Positions 48,654 through 59,734 of a DNA stretch of 64,000 bases are shown in pieces. Where the stretch lies: assembly GCA_963753345.1 (NCBI GenBank), contig CAVWBU010000024.1:96001-160000 (forward strand). Direction: 5' to 3'. Source of the DNA: an uncultured Fibrobacterota bacterium (GTDB lineage Bacteria > Fibrobacterota > Chitinivibrionia > Chitinivibrionales > FEN-1185). A model generated the notes under the pieces. It was not told the origin of the DNA and did no database searches. It saw nothing but the letters and a program-made list of their open reading frames with translations. The position numbers were made by a program, and so were the translations under genes. Every line of letters begins with the position of its first letter. The stretch's first letter is position 1.

Positions 48654-51600
48654 CGTTTCTCTTCACGATTTTTTCCCGCCAGTCCTCGACCATTTCGTAA
48701 ACGCAGGGGATGACCACCAGGGTGAGCAGCGTGGAGGCGGTGAGCCCGCCCATCACCGCGAGCGCCATGGGAGCGCGCAGCGCGGCGCCCGCGCCGAACC
48801 CGAACGCCAGCGGCAGAAGCGCCAGAACCGTGGTGAGGCTGGTGATGACGATGGGCCTTATGCGCCGCTGCCCTGCCAGAAGCAGGGCCTCGTGGCGCGA
48901 AACACCCGACTCCCGCAGTTGCCGCACGGCGTCAAGCAGGACAATGGCATTGCTCACCACGATGCCCGCGAGCATGATGACGCCGATAAGCGCCATGATG
49001 TTGAACGACTTTCCAAGCAGGAAGAAGAGCGGAACCACGCCCACGATCCCAAGCGGAACCGTACACATTATGACAAACGGGTGCAACAGCGATTCCAGTT
49101 GCGCCGCCAGCACCATGTACACAAGCAGGACCGCGAGAGCGAGCGCAAAGGCAAGGTCGCGGAACGATTCGGCGCGTTTCTGTTCGTCGCCCGCAATGTC
49201 AAGCCGGTAGGTGGGCGGGACGGATAGCGATGCGGCATACCGCTTGATTTGTGCAATGACCTGGCTCAACGCGGCGCCGCCGGTGAGCTGGGCCGTGATC
49301 CGCGCCAACCGCACCTGGTCGCGCCGAAGAATCTCTTTCGGCGAAAATCCGCGTTTTATCTGTGCCACGTCCTGCAGCGGCACGGTCGTATTCCCTTCGA
49401 TCAAGGTGAAGTCGGCCAGTTGAGACTGGGTCATTGCGGGGAACAAAATGGTGATGTCTTTGAGTTCACCGCCATGGTCCCACTGGCCGGCGGCCCTCCC
49501 GAGCATTTTATCGTGAAGCTGGGTTGCGATGTCGGCGGCGCTGGCGTTGTAATCGCCTGCGCGCAGGCGATCGACCATAACCTCTATCGACGGCGCGCCC
49601 TGCTCGAAATTGGAACTCACATTAGTCAAGCCCTTGATCTTCCTCAGCGCGACCGTTATCGAATCGGCCAGTTTCTCCAGCACGCCGAGATCGTCGCCCT
49701 TTACTTCAACGACAACGGGAGGCTCGTTGTTTCCCACGACATCCTGCAGCACATTCTGTTCGGGTTTATATTGAATGACAAGCCCCGATCCGCCGATGCC
49801 GGCTTTGGCAAGCATCTCCGCCGCTTTCGCCGCATCAATGGGCTGGTTCTGCTTGAGCACCACGCGAATCTCCGCGGTGTTTTCGTCCTGCGGTTCATTT
49901 TCGACATTCGTGATCGTGGCCGTGGTGACCGGGCCGCTTTCGCTGTACACGGTTTGGACCGCATCGCCCAGCACCGAATTAATAAGTCCCTCGAGCCCGC
50001 GAACGGTCTGCGCCGTCCGCTGCAAGGTTGTTCCCTCGGAAAGATGAACCGCGACCGTGAATTCACGCGTGCTCACGGTCGGGAAAAATTCGGAGCCGAC
50101 AAAGGGAATAAGCACCAGCGAAAACGCCATGAGCAATCCGGTGCCCGCAAGAATCGTTTTCCGTTTTTTCAACGCAGCTTCAAGCAGCCCCCGGTACCAG
50201 GGAAAATGCAGGGATTTCTGCAACGGTTTTTGTCCCAGAAATCTCGATGAGAGCATGGGAATAAGGGTCAACGCGACGGCCAGAGAAGAGAAAAGCGCGA
50301 ATGCAACTGTCAAGGCCTGGTCTTTGAACAATTCCGCCGAAATGCCGTGGAGGTAAATGATCGGCAGGAACACCACCACCGTCGTCAGTGTGGATGCGAG
50401 CACCGCCCCGCCGACCTGTCCCGTGCCTCGGACCGCCGCTTCCCGCAGGGGACTGCCTTCCTCGACATTGCGGATGATGTTTTCCACCACCACCACGGCA
50501 TCATCGACAAGCCGTCCGGCTGCCAGCGCCAGCCCTCCCAGCGTCATGAGGTTAAGCGTCAGATGGTTGAAGTACATGAGGTTGAACGTGGCAACAATAG
50601 AAAAGGGAATCGCCACGCTGATGATCACCGTGGCGCCGAATTGGCGAAGAAAGAACAGGAGCGCCATGATTGCGAGAAAGATTCCGATAAGTGCGGTCTG
50701 CTTCATCTCACCGATGGATTCATCAATAAATTTCCCCTGATTGCTCACGATGGAAAAATCGTAGCCGGGCAACGACAATCGCAGGCGCTTTATGGCGCCG
50801 TAGATTTCCTGCACCGCCTTGACGGTATTGTACTTTGTCTCTTTGTAAACCCGCAGTCCCAGGCAGCGAACGCCGTTGACGCGCACAATGTTCTGGGGGT
50901 CTTTATTTTTCAGCGAAACTTTTGCCACATCCTTCAGCCGGATCGGCGTTTTGTTGCCCGTTGTCGTGTCCTGAGCCCCCTGCGTCGTCGCGCTCTGACC
51001 GAAGCCCACCACAAGATTTTCGAAGTCCGCCAGCGAATTGAATACGCCCACTCCCTTGACCACGTATTTGAGTCCCATCTCCTGGATCGAACCGCCCGAG
51101 AGATTGCGGTTGAAATTCTGTATCTGGGTCGCCAGCGTGGCGGCCGAAAGACCGTAGGCCTGCAGAAGATAGTCGTTTGTTTCGATGGTGACCTGATCCT
51201 GATCCTGGCCGCATATCTCGACATCGGCAATACCGGGCAGCCGCACCAGTTCGTTGCGCACACAGGTTTCGGCTGTTTTGCGCATGGCGTTCATATCGGT
51301 AATTTTCTTATTTGAAAAGCCGAGGATCACCACCGGCTCGTTGTTCGGATCGTACTGCGAAACGCTGATCGTGTCGAGCGAGACGCTTTGCGCGAACGTG
51401 GAAACCGCTTTCTGCAAATCGAGAAACGCCTCGTTCATGTCGGCGTCCCAGGCGTATTCCACGGTGACCTGGCCGCTGCCCACGCGGCAGATCGATGCAA
51501 CGCTCGCGGCGTTGTGCTGCCTGATGGCCTGCGCTTCGAGCTTTTGAACGTACTGTTTTTCGATTTCTTCGGGCGGCTGTTCACCTGCGTTGAAATCGAT

Positions 51601-51741
51601 ATAGAGCCGGGGATTGTTGAGGCTTGGGAACAGTTCCATGCCGAGGCGAGAATACGAGAGAAAACCCAGCAGCAAGACACCGAGCGCCGCCATGAGAATC
51701 GCTACCGGATTCTTTACGGCAAATGCGGCAATTTTATTCAA
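48631..51741 (-). CDS. RND efflux permease (AcrB/AcrD/AcrF family)
   Basis: 1036 aa. GRLVDDAVVVVENI, YMVLAAQLES, RIRPIVITSLTT and LTLVVIP. TTG start. Confidence 0.93.
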   Translation of the reverse strand: MNKIAAFAVKNPVAILMAALGVLLLGFLSYSRLGMELFPSLNNPRLYIDFNAGEQPPEEIEKQYVQKLEAQAIRQHNAASVASICRVGSGQVTVEYAWDADMNEAFLDLQKAVSTFAQSVSLDTISVSQYDPNNEPVVILGFSNKKITDMNAMRKTAETCVRNELVRLPGIADVEICGQDQDQVTIETNDYLLQAYGLSAATLATQIQNFNRNLSGGSIQEMGLKYVVKGVGVFNSLADFENLVVGFGQSATTQGAQDTTTGNKTPIRLKDVAKVSLKNKDPQNIVRVNGVRCLGLRVYKETKYNTVKAVQEIYGAIKRLRLSLPGYDFSIVSNQGKFIDESIGEMKQTALIGIFLAIMALLFFLRQFGATVIISVAIPFSIVATFNLMYFNHLTLNLMTLGGLALAAGRLVDDAVVVVENIIRNVEEGSPLREAAVRGTGQVGGAVLASTLTTVVVFLPIIYLHGISAELFKDQALTVAFALFSSLAVALTLIPMLSSRFLGQKPLQKSLHFPWYRGLLEAALKKRKTILAGTGLLMAFSLVLIPFVGSEFFPTVSTREFTVAVHLSEGTTLQRTAQTVRGLEGLINSVLGDAVQTVYSESGPVTTATITNVENEPQDENTAEIRVVLKQNQPIDAAKAAEMLAKAGIGGSGLVIQYKPEQNVLQDVVGNNEPPVVVEVKGDDLGVLEKLADSITVALRKIKGLTNVSSNFEQGAPSIEVMVDRLRAGDYNASAADIATQLHDKMLGRAAGQWDHGGELKDITILFPAMTQSQLADFTLIEGNTTVPLQDVAQIKRGFSPKEILRRDQVRLARITAQLTGGAALSQVIAQIKRYAASLSVPPTYRLDIAGDEQKRAESFRDLAFALALAVLLVYMVLAAQLESLLHPFVIMCTVPLGIVGVVPLFFLLGKSFNIMALIGVIMLAGIVVSNAIVLLDAVRQLRESGVSRHEALLLAGQRRIRPIVITSLTTVLALLPLAFGFGAGAALRAPMALAVMGGLTASTLLTLVVIPCVYEMVEDWREKIVKRNDATTSQS

Positions 51742-51755
51742 GGTCTCTGTGCGTC

Positions 51756-52817
51756 CTATTCAAGAATTTTTACGTGACTGCCGTCTTGAAGCGTCTCAAA
51801 TCCTTTTGTCACCAACCGTTCTCCAGCCTTGAGACCGCTTGTGACCTCGATTTCATTTTCGCTCTCGATGCCGGTTTTTATCGCGCGCAGTTGCGCGCGG
51901 CCGCGGTCGACGACAAAAACATTTTTGCCTTTTAAATCCGACAGGATGATCTCCTTGGGAACAACCACGGCGCTGTCTTTGCGCGCCACAACGACATCCG
52001 CCATGACAAACATGCCGGGACGGAATTTCTTGTCCGGGTTGTCGATGATAAACACGGCCTGAAAGGTGCGGGACGTCGGATCGACTGCGGGCGAGACTTG
52101 CGTAATGGTGCCGTGGGCAGTGTCGTTGGGTACCGTGTAATTCGTCATCAATATGGATTGCCCGACATGAACGCGGGCCATGTCGTTTGCCGGAAGCTTG
52201 GTCTGGAGACTCAGCCGGTCGTAGTTCATGACCTCCACCATAAGCTGGCCGGTGGCTGTTATGCGCGTGTTCTGCGTGTAATAGGGCAGATTGACGATCA
52301 CGCCCGCAAAAGGAGGTTTGATCCAGAGCTTGGAATCCTTTTCCACGGCGTCGTCGACGTTGAATTTGTCATTTGCAACAGCCAATTCGGCGTTCTGAAG
52401 GTCGGTGGTGGCCGCGCCGCCTTTCTCATACAGGGACCGTTCCTGATCCAGGCTCTGTTTTGCGATACCGAGGGTGAGTTTCTGGGATTCGACCCGGTTG
52501 GTGCTTTCGTAATCAACATCGTGCAGCTTGATGATTACCTCCCCTTCCTTCACCTGATCCCCGAGAGCAAACGGCTTGCGGGTACGGGGATTCACCTGGA
52601 GATTGTAATAGGCGACCATTTCGTTGATAATAGAGACGTCTTTTTCGGGGGTCACCGTGCCGGTTGTCTGCAGAAGTTCGGCGATGGGCCGCAGCTTTAT
52701 TTCCGCAACCGAGACCGGAATGGTAACGGTGTTCTGGTCCTGCGATTGCTGATTACCGCACGCAACCATCAATAACGCCGCGCCTACCGCGGCAACGGTG
52801 GAACGCACACAATGCAT
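51756..52817 (-). CDS. RND periplasmic adaptor (membrane fusion protein), lipoprotein
   Basis: Lipobox LMVAC. GDQVKEGEVI, IKPPFAGVI, ITQVSPAVDPTSRTF, FRPGMFV and EVTSGLKAGE. Confidence 0.92.
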   Translation of the reverse strand: MHCVRSTVAAVGAALLMVACGNQQSQDQNTVTIPVSVAEIKLRPIAELLQTTGTVTPEKDVSIINEMVAYYNLQVNPRTRKPFALGDQVKEGEVIIKLHDVDYESTNRVESQKLTLGIAKQSLDQERSLYEKGGAATTDLQNAELAVANDKFNVDDAVEKDSKLWIKPPFAGVIVNLPYYTQNTRITATGQLMVEVMNYDRLSLQTKLPANDMARVHVGQSILMTNYTVPNDTAHGTITQVSPAVDPTSRTFQAVFIIDNPDKKFRPGMFVMADVVVARKDSAVVVPKEIILSDLKGKNVFVVDRGRAQLRAIKTGIESENEIEVTSGLKAGERLVTKGFETLQDGSHVKILE

Positions 52818-52821
52818 AGGG

Positions 52822-54288
52822 TTATTCCTTTGGATGTAAATCCGGAATTACCGGTTGGTTTGTCCGGAAATCCCACAGGCTCTGGACTTTCATATTCAGA
52901 AGTTCGATCTGGTAATTGACAAGAGCGCTCACCAGGCCGCTTTTCGCCTGCGCAAGCTGGATCTGATACTGGTTCAGGTCCATCGCGCTCAATCCGCCGA
53001 GTTTGTATTTTTCGAGATTGATATCATAGGTGAGCGTGGCGGACGAAAGCGTCCGGCGCGCCAGTTCGATCTGCTCCTGCAGGTTCTGGATCGAACGGTA
53101 TTCCTTGCGGATCGCAAGGATTATCGTGGCTCTCTCATTGTCAAGCAACAGCTCGTCCTGCCGCAGGCCAATTGCCGACGCCTTGACACGCGCACGATTC
53201 GCCCCGAAATCCCATAGGGGAACCTGCAGCGTCAGCGCGGCGTTCATGTTTTTTGCCGGTTCCTTAAAAAGCGTGTTGATGGCCGGGCTGGCCCCCACCA
53301 GGCCGTAGGAAACATTGAGATTGCCGTTGAAAGCGCCGTTGCTGCGGGCCTGGGTAAGGGCGAAACGCGCATTCTCGATCGTGATGGCATCCTGACGCAG
53401 CTCCATACGCTGGCGCAGGCCGCTGGCCACCGCCTTTTGCAGGTCGATGGTCATCACCGAGGTGGTTGTGTCGATCATCAGGCTTATTGCGGTGTCAAGC
53501 GGAAGACCGAGCCGCTGTTTAAGCGCCTCGGCCGCGTTCTGCCAGGTGATCTCCTGGTTCTTCATGGTCGATTCATTTTGCGTCAGCGTGACCGATGCCT
53601 GGTAGAGATCGGATTTGGCCTGTTTCCCGGACGCCACGCCAACCTCGGTAATGTCATAGCCCTGCTGCGCGCTTCGGACAGATTCCTGGGCGATTTGAAA
53701 GTTCATTTGATCCTGGTACAAACCGTAGTAATCGCTCGCGATGCTCGCCTCAATGGCCAGCGCCTGTATCGCGTAGGTGAACTGGTTGGTTTCAAGCGTG
53801 AGCTCCTGCTGGCGCAAATTCATCTTCAACTGGTTGTAAATGAGAAGCGGCTGCGAATAACTGATTGCCGTATGATAATCAAACGAACGGCTCTCGCCGG
53901 CCCTCGAATAACTGGTGTACAGGTCGTTCCAGCCCATGTCGCCCTCCAGCGCCACGGTGCCGCCGGTGAGAAGCACGGGCTGCGAAAGCTGGAGCTGACC
54001 GCTCGACTTGATGTTCCTGGTCGTGTCCCAGGAATTATTGGGACCCAATTGCAAATCGTTGGTATAACTGATGGGAGAAAGGGAAAGGTTAACCGAGAGT
54101 TTCTGCGCCGCAACAGCCGCATCGTATACGGCCTGACTTTGCGCCAGGGTCATGCGCGCCTGCACCATTTCCGGGCTCTGGCGCGTCACCAGCCACACGG
54201 CCTTGTCAAAAGACAACGTGTCGATCACCTGACCGCTGCAAGCGCAGGTGATGAGGAGAATTGCAAAAACCCGGAGGCACGTCTTCAT
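52822..54288 (-). CDS. TolC-family outer membrane factor
   Basis: Signal peptide. LQLSQPVL, YSQPLL, LTLQVPLWDFG and YKLGGLSAMDL. TAATG coupling to the upstream gene. Confidence 0.9.
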   Translation of the reverse strand: MKTCLRVFAILLITCACSGQVIDTLSFDKAVWLVTRQSPEMVQARMTLAQSQAVYDAAVAAQKLSVNLSLSPISYTNDLQLGPNNSWDTTRNIKSSGQLQLSQPVLLTGGTVALEGDMGWNDLYTSYSRAGESRSFDYHTAISYSQPLLIYNQLKMNLRQQELTLETNQFTYAIQALAIEASIASDYYGLYQDQMNFQIAQESVRSAQQGYDITEVGVASGKQAKSDLYQASVTLTQNESTMKNQEITWQNAAEALKQRLGLPLDTAISLMIDTTTSVMTIDLQKAVASGLRQRMELRQDAITIENARFALTQARSNGAFNGNLNVSYGLVGASPAINTLFKEPAKNMNAALTLQVPLWDFGANRARVKASAIGLRQDELLLDNERATIILAIRKEYRSIQNLQEQIELARRTLSSATLTYDINLEKYKLGGLSAMDLNQYQIQLAQAKSGLVSALVNYQIELLNMKVQSLWDFRTNQPVIPDLHPKE

Positions 54289-57200
54289 TATTGTTTCACC
54301 CACTTGATTGCATCCCCTGCAACGATCCCCGCGCTTGCCTGGTTTGTAAGCTCGACCAGTGCCGATCCCGGGGAAAGATGATAGCGGCCGAGGGAATTCC
54401 AGCCGTTCTGGATATCTTTCAAGTCAAGCGCCACGTTCTCCGTGCCGTCATCGTGATGCACGATGTAATGATAGGCCCCTTGCAACGGTTCCCGGTTCTG
54501 ACGCCTGCCGTTTCCCCGCTGAAAACCCATGGTTCCGTAGTAGGCATAAATTTCGTACGTGCCGCTTTCCTTGATCGACGCCCGCCAGGCAATGCGTTTG
54601 TCGCCGCTGCCCGCTTTTATATAATGGATGGAATGCACGTACTTCCCGTAGAATTGAGGACCCGCGGCTTCAGTCCATTCGGCAGGCGGGTCAAAGAAAC
54701 GCACACCGGCGAACCGGTCCTGAGCCTGGCCCGGGGAATTCTTGAACCAGTTGAACAGCCCCCCCGAAGGTTTATTCTCAATGGCAAAGCCGCTGTCCTC
54801 ATCGTCGACAATGGCAACGCCGGATTCCGGCGCAGTGATCCCGGTGATGACCTTTTCACCGTCGAACGCCGCCCGGGTCGCGTCGAATTCCACCTTGTCA
54901 AACGGATGCACCATGGTCGCGGGAATATTTTTTGATATGAGGGTGTTGACGGCGAGCATGCGCGGCGGCTGATCCATCATCATGTCGATTTCCTTGCACT
55001 GGCGCGGCTCAAGCGAAACGATCCGGTCGACGGTCGCATTCCCGCCCCGGAACCCGCCGGAAAACGCGCCCGCGCCTCCCCCGCCGAATCTTCCGCCGCC
55101 GAACGACCCGGTCCGGACGCTCACCTTCACGAATCCCTGCGCGGATTCGGGATTCGCGATCTCAAAACGGACCAGAAACCGGTTGGCCGTCTTGTCGCGC
55201 ACCTCGCTGGCCTGTATGTTGTCAAGCACATAGCCGGGCAACGGATGTTTCTGGTAACATGATTGCAAGGCGGGATGAAAATCGAAATTGAACCGTTGTT
55301 TGATTTCGGCGCAGAATTCTTCAAGGTCAAGAGTTTTGAACCTGTTCTCCCGGACGATCCCCAGCACAAAATCGTCGAAAGCCTGATCACCGATGTTTTT
55401 TTGCAGGACCGTGAAAAGGTAATCCCCCAGCGCCTGGGCGACATCGGGAACGAGCGCACGGTTTTGCGGATCCCTGCGGATCTGATCGAAGCCGCTGTTT
55501 TCCAGGGCGCCGTTCACCCTCTCGTCGGTAGCTGCCCCGCCCGAGAACATGCGCATCATCCCGGCCGCTTCTCCGCTCGCCCGTTTCTTGAAGTACGATT
55601 CAAGCGCCAGCGAAAAGACCGGACATGAGGGTGCACGCACGTTCACCACATAGGAAAAATACTCCGGAAAGACAAACAGGTTGGCATTGGCGGCGCTCAC
55701 CGGCGGCAGCCACTGCAGCAGCTGGGCCGTCGAGGCAGTGCGATCGACGGGCCGGAGCATCAGCCGGCGGCCGGCATTGTCGCGCTGGAACGTGGAGGTG
55801 ACAAAACGCACAGAACATCATGCTCTGCTGTTCCTGCGGGGTCATTACCTCCTGATCGCGTCCGCGGGAGAAGTTGAGATTGCCCAAACGAATCGCCCGA
55901 AAATCCGCATCGCTCAGCGAGAATCCGTTTTCCGGAAGCAGCGCGATTTCCGGTTGCATTGCCTCATGCCCGCTGGTCCAGACACGGGAGAAGTCCGTGA
56001 ATTGCAGGGGAACTTCGGCCATGGTGAACCGGGAATAGGGATAATTGCATTTGAGACGGTTTTCGAAATCCGCCTTGACGCCCCGGACAAGCGACGCAAC
56101 CGTGTCGGTCCGAAGATCCCTGAAATACGGCTTGAAATAGCCGTGATGCGCAAGCGTCAAGAGGCTGTATTCCACGGAATCAACAGCGACCGACTGTTTC
56201 GCATATGCCCCTATGATTACCGAAACGCCGGGCAGGGGCATCGACGGATTGAAAACCCATGCGCCGCCCGCCGCGTGCACGGGTTCCCCCGGACTGATGA
56301 CCGTGAGGGCCGGATCGGCGCTCACCGTGACGCTGAAGTGCGCCAGCGCCGTACCATTCACTTCGGGATGGTCGGAGCAGTATCCCGCGCCGGCCTGAGG
56401 GTAGAACTGCGATTCCGGCGTGAGCAAAACGAAACGTTTGTTGATAAAAGCATATCTCGTCTGTTTTCGGAAGAAGAACACGGCGCCGGCGCTGGCTTTT
56501 TCCTCGGGCGGGACGTCGAGATAGCAAACCGATTCATCAATCGTCCCGGCGTAATCGAAAGCAATCGTGTCAAGCGACCCGGCCGGAAGCGGATTGGCAG
56601 GATTCACCAACACATAGTCGAGCGAACGCCGGAACCGCAGCGGATGACTTCCGCGTATTTCCCGGATCGCAAGTCCCGGATTAAGGCGGAACTGGTATTC
56701 CTCGACCGGCCGGCCGGTCTCATTTTCTACCGCAACACGGGCCGTTGCCCGAATCGTGTTGCCGGCATGCGCAATGCTGAGGGAATCGCGAACCACCGAA
56801 ATGCAGGGAACGCCGAACCGGCGGTTATGCTGCTCGACCATCCGGCCGCGCAGTTCCTGATCGCGCAGGTTCCCCTGCACGTACCATGTGCCGGCGACTG
56901 CGGCAGAGCCGCCGAAAAGAATTACTGCGGCAAGCGTTGCTCCCGAAACGAACGTCGATTGCGGAAGGCGTTTCAGACGCAGCGCCGAAACCAGCACCAA
57001 TGCAATGCCAAGCAGCAGATACACGGCGCGAAGGGCCGCGATCCCGCCTGTCGACCCAAATCCGGTGATGTCGGAAAACATGAGCGGCGTGCGCAACGCG
57101 GCAACATCAAAGAGCGAATAGAGCCGGTCGGGCAAAAAGAAGAAAACCAGCCCGAGGATGCCGAATAGTGCGACCAGCGACAAGGGCTGGCTTCGTATGA

Positions 57201-57711
57201 TTGACATAAGGCAGAATGTGAGCCCGATGCAGAAAACGAGCGTGGGCAGACTGATGAGAAGCCCGTAATAACAATAGGCACTCAAACGCACGGGCACGTC
57301 ACCCGAGAAGAAATTGAAGAGCGCGGCGCACACAAGCGCCACGACGTCAAGGCAGACGAAAACCAGGAGATTGCCGCACGCTTTCCCCAGAACATAGGAC
57401 GTGTTGGTCATCGACCGGATGTACACCACGTCGGTCGTATCCATCGAGCGGTCGCGTTTCATGAAATCGGTTGCCAGAATGATCGCCACCACCGACTGAA
57501 TCAAATTGAGAAGCAGCATGGTTGCATAGGGGATGTTTGCAGGGATCGCGCGAAAGACCCAGGTGGAAAACTGACCGACGCTCAGGATCATCGCGTTCAG
57601 GCCTACCAGGAGCACCACCATTGCACCCGCGAAAATCCGAAAGAACCAGCTCCGCCACAGGGTAAGCGCTTCGTACAGCGCGACGGCCGTCATTTTCCGC
57701 AGAGAATCCAT
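54288..57711 (-). CDS. ABC-2 permease fused to M1-aminopeptidase-like ectodomain and C-terminal golvesin/xanthan-lyase-CBD-like domain; apparent +1 frameshift near 55812
   Basis: N-part (ORF 55600-57711): YEALTLWRS, about 7 TM, DRSMDTTDVVYIRSMTN, then FRLNPGL, FDYAGTIDE, YPYSRFTMAEVP. C-part (ORF 54288-55811) ends YHYIVHHDDG...GWNSLGRY...AGDAIKWVKQ. Removing one T from ATGTTCTGTGCGT joins the frames (about 1140 aa). Confidence 0.7.
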
Positions 57712-57713
57712 GT

Positions 57714-58604
<891 letters not shown>

Positions 58605-58739
58605 GCTTTCCCTTTTGGCAAGCGTTTTGAACGCATCCACCCCACGACGCCTCGTTCTTCGCGCGGCCTTTTTTGCTGCCCAATACCATATATTCGTTAT
58701 GTTGGACTTTGCCAACATGTCGAACGTGACAACTACTCT

Positions 58740-58967
58740 TTGTCCACAATTAGTAACATAGTATTTGCCGTTTGCGGCATCGGAAGACGGCCGCCGGCCG
58801 GAGGGGGAATGCATGGAGGAGGCATGGGCGGCGGCAGAGGGATGCACGGGGGAGGAGGAGGTGGGATGCACGGAGGCGGCGGGCATGAAGCCGCATCCGC
58901 GGGCGATTCCGAAGGGCCGTTCACGGCGTCGTTTTCCATCCTGCTGGCCCGAAACCCTGCTCGCTGA
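58740..58967 (+). pseudogene. Orphan 3' fragment (or small ORF) encoding a Gly/Met/His-rich tract
   Basis: GGGMHGGGMGGGRGMHGGGGGGMHGGGGHE...PFTASFSILLARNPAR*, with no convincing start or RBS. Confidence 0.35.
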
Positions 58968-59011
58968 TTTTCGGGCACTGCAAGACGAGCGCGGGCCCAA
59001 CGATCCGCTGT

Positions 59012-59095
59012 TCACCGCTCAATACGTTTGCTTGACAGAATGTTCATAAATGGAGGATCGAGTTTCATGACGGTGTTGAGCGGATGTTCCGACAT
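59012..59095 (-). pseudogene. 27-codon ORF with strong RBS; possibly the truncated 5' end of a carboxymuconolactone-decarboxylase-like gene
   Basis: AAAGGAG-N8-ATG, then MSEHPLNTVMKLDPPFMNILSSKRIER*. The family resemblance is from memory only. Confidence 0.3.
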
Positions 59096-59164
59096 GAGTA
59101 TAACTCCTTTCCAATTGGTAACAAGGCATAGCACGTGCTGAAAAAAAGGAGAAGAAAACATATG

Positions 59165-59202
59165 AAAAAAGGCGTTTTCAGCCAATTTTAACTGAAAACG
59201 CC
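59165..59202 (-). terminator. Terminator downstream of tmRNA
   Basis: GGCGTTTTCAG-N10-CTGAAAACGCC with an A6 run on + (U-tract on -). Confidence 0.8.
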
Positions 59203-59222
59203 AAATACTGAAAATAAGGGAT

Positions 59223-59575
59223 TGGAGGTGAGGGGAATTGAACCCCTGTCCGAAGAGTGATCAAAGTGGGCCGCTCCATGCTCAGTCTGTCTATTTGTCT
59301 CGTCTTCTGCAGCGCTAACAGACAGGCTCTGCAGAAAACCAGCCCCGGTTTATTTCATCCTGCAGTCGGGACGCCCCGCGGGACTATCGTTCATGCTTTA
59401 TCTGCCGCCCGGCGAACGCTAACCAAACGTCAGATCGGCCGCCTTTAGTTAGGCAGCCATTGCGTAAGAATAATCGTTGGCGATTATTTTTGGTGTCGGA
59501 TGATTAACGAGGCCAACCGACGTCCTCGGCATGCTGCTCAAATCTCTCGCTCCTCGTCGAAACCAGTTCACCCCC
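59223..59575 (-). ncRNA. ssrA: tmRNA (SsrA); tag peptide (A)ANDYSYAMAA*
   Basis: 5' GGGGGTGAACTGGTTTCGAC and 3' GACAGGGGTTCAATTCCCCTCACCTCCA form the tRNA-Ala-like acceptor stem and T arm; CCA is not encoded. Tag ORF 59481-59449 follows AAAATAATC. Confidence 0.95.
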
Positions 59576-59580
59576 TTATA

Positions 59581-59734
59581 ATTTTAGATTGATGAATGTA
59601 GATTGTAGATTGAAAACAATTACCTCCTCAATATAACACATTTCCCTTTAATCAGGGTTCCTAATTATCCATCGATAGGCGTAATTGCATTTGTATTTCA
59701 ATTCTACAATCTAAATTCTACATTCTACAATTCT
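59581..59734. repeat. Inverted pair of heptamer (AWTKTAG) tandem-repeat tracts
   Basis: Left, + strand: attttag attgatg aatgtag attgtag attgaaa. Right, - strand: attgtag aatgtag aatttag attgtag aattgaaa. Confidence 0.7.

Noticed and set aside
58733-58978. Minus-strand poly-proline ORF (PPPPCIPPPP)
   Set aside because: It is the antisense shadow of the GGGMHGGG tract on the plus strand.
58605-59015. 137-aa N-terminal extension of the ABC ATPase in the ORF track
   Set aside because: Low-complexity, crosses an AT-rich likely promoter, and a good RBS and canonical NBD start exist at 58604.
59581-59734. ATTGAAA(A)C ends reminiscent of CRISPR repeats
   Set aside because: Units are 7-bp tandem repeats without unique spacers, and there are no cas genes in the window.
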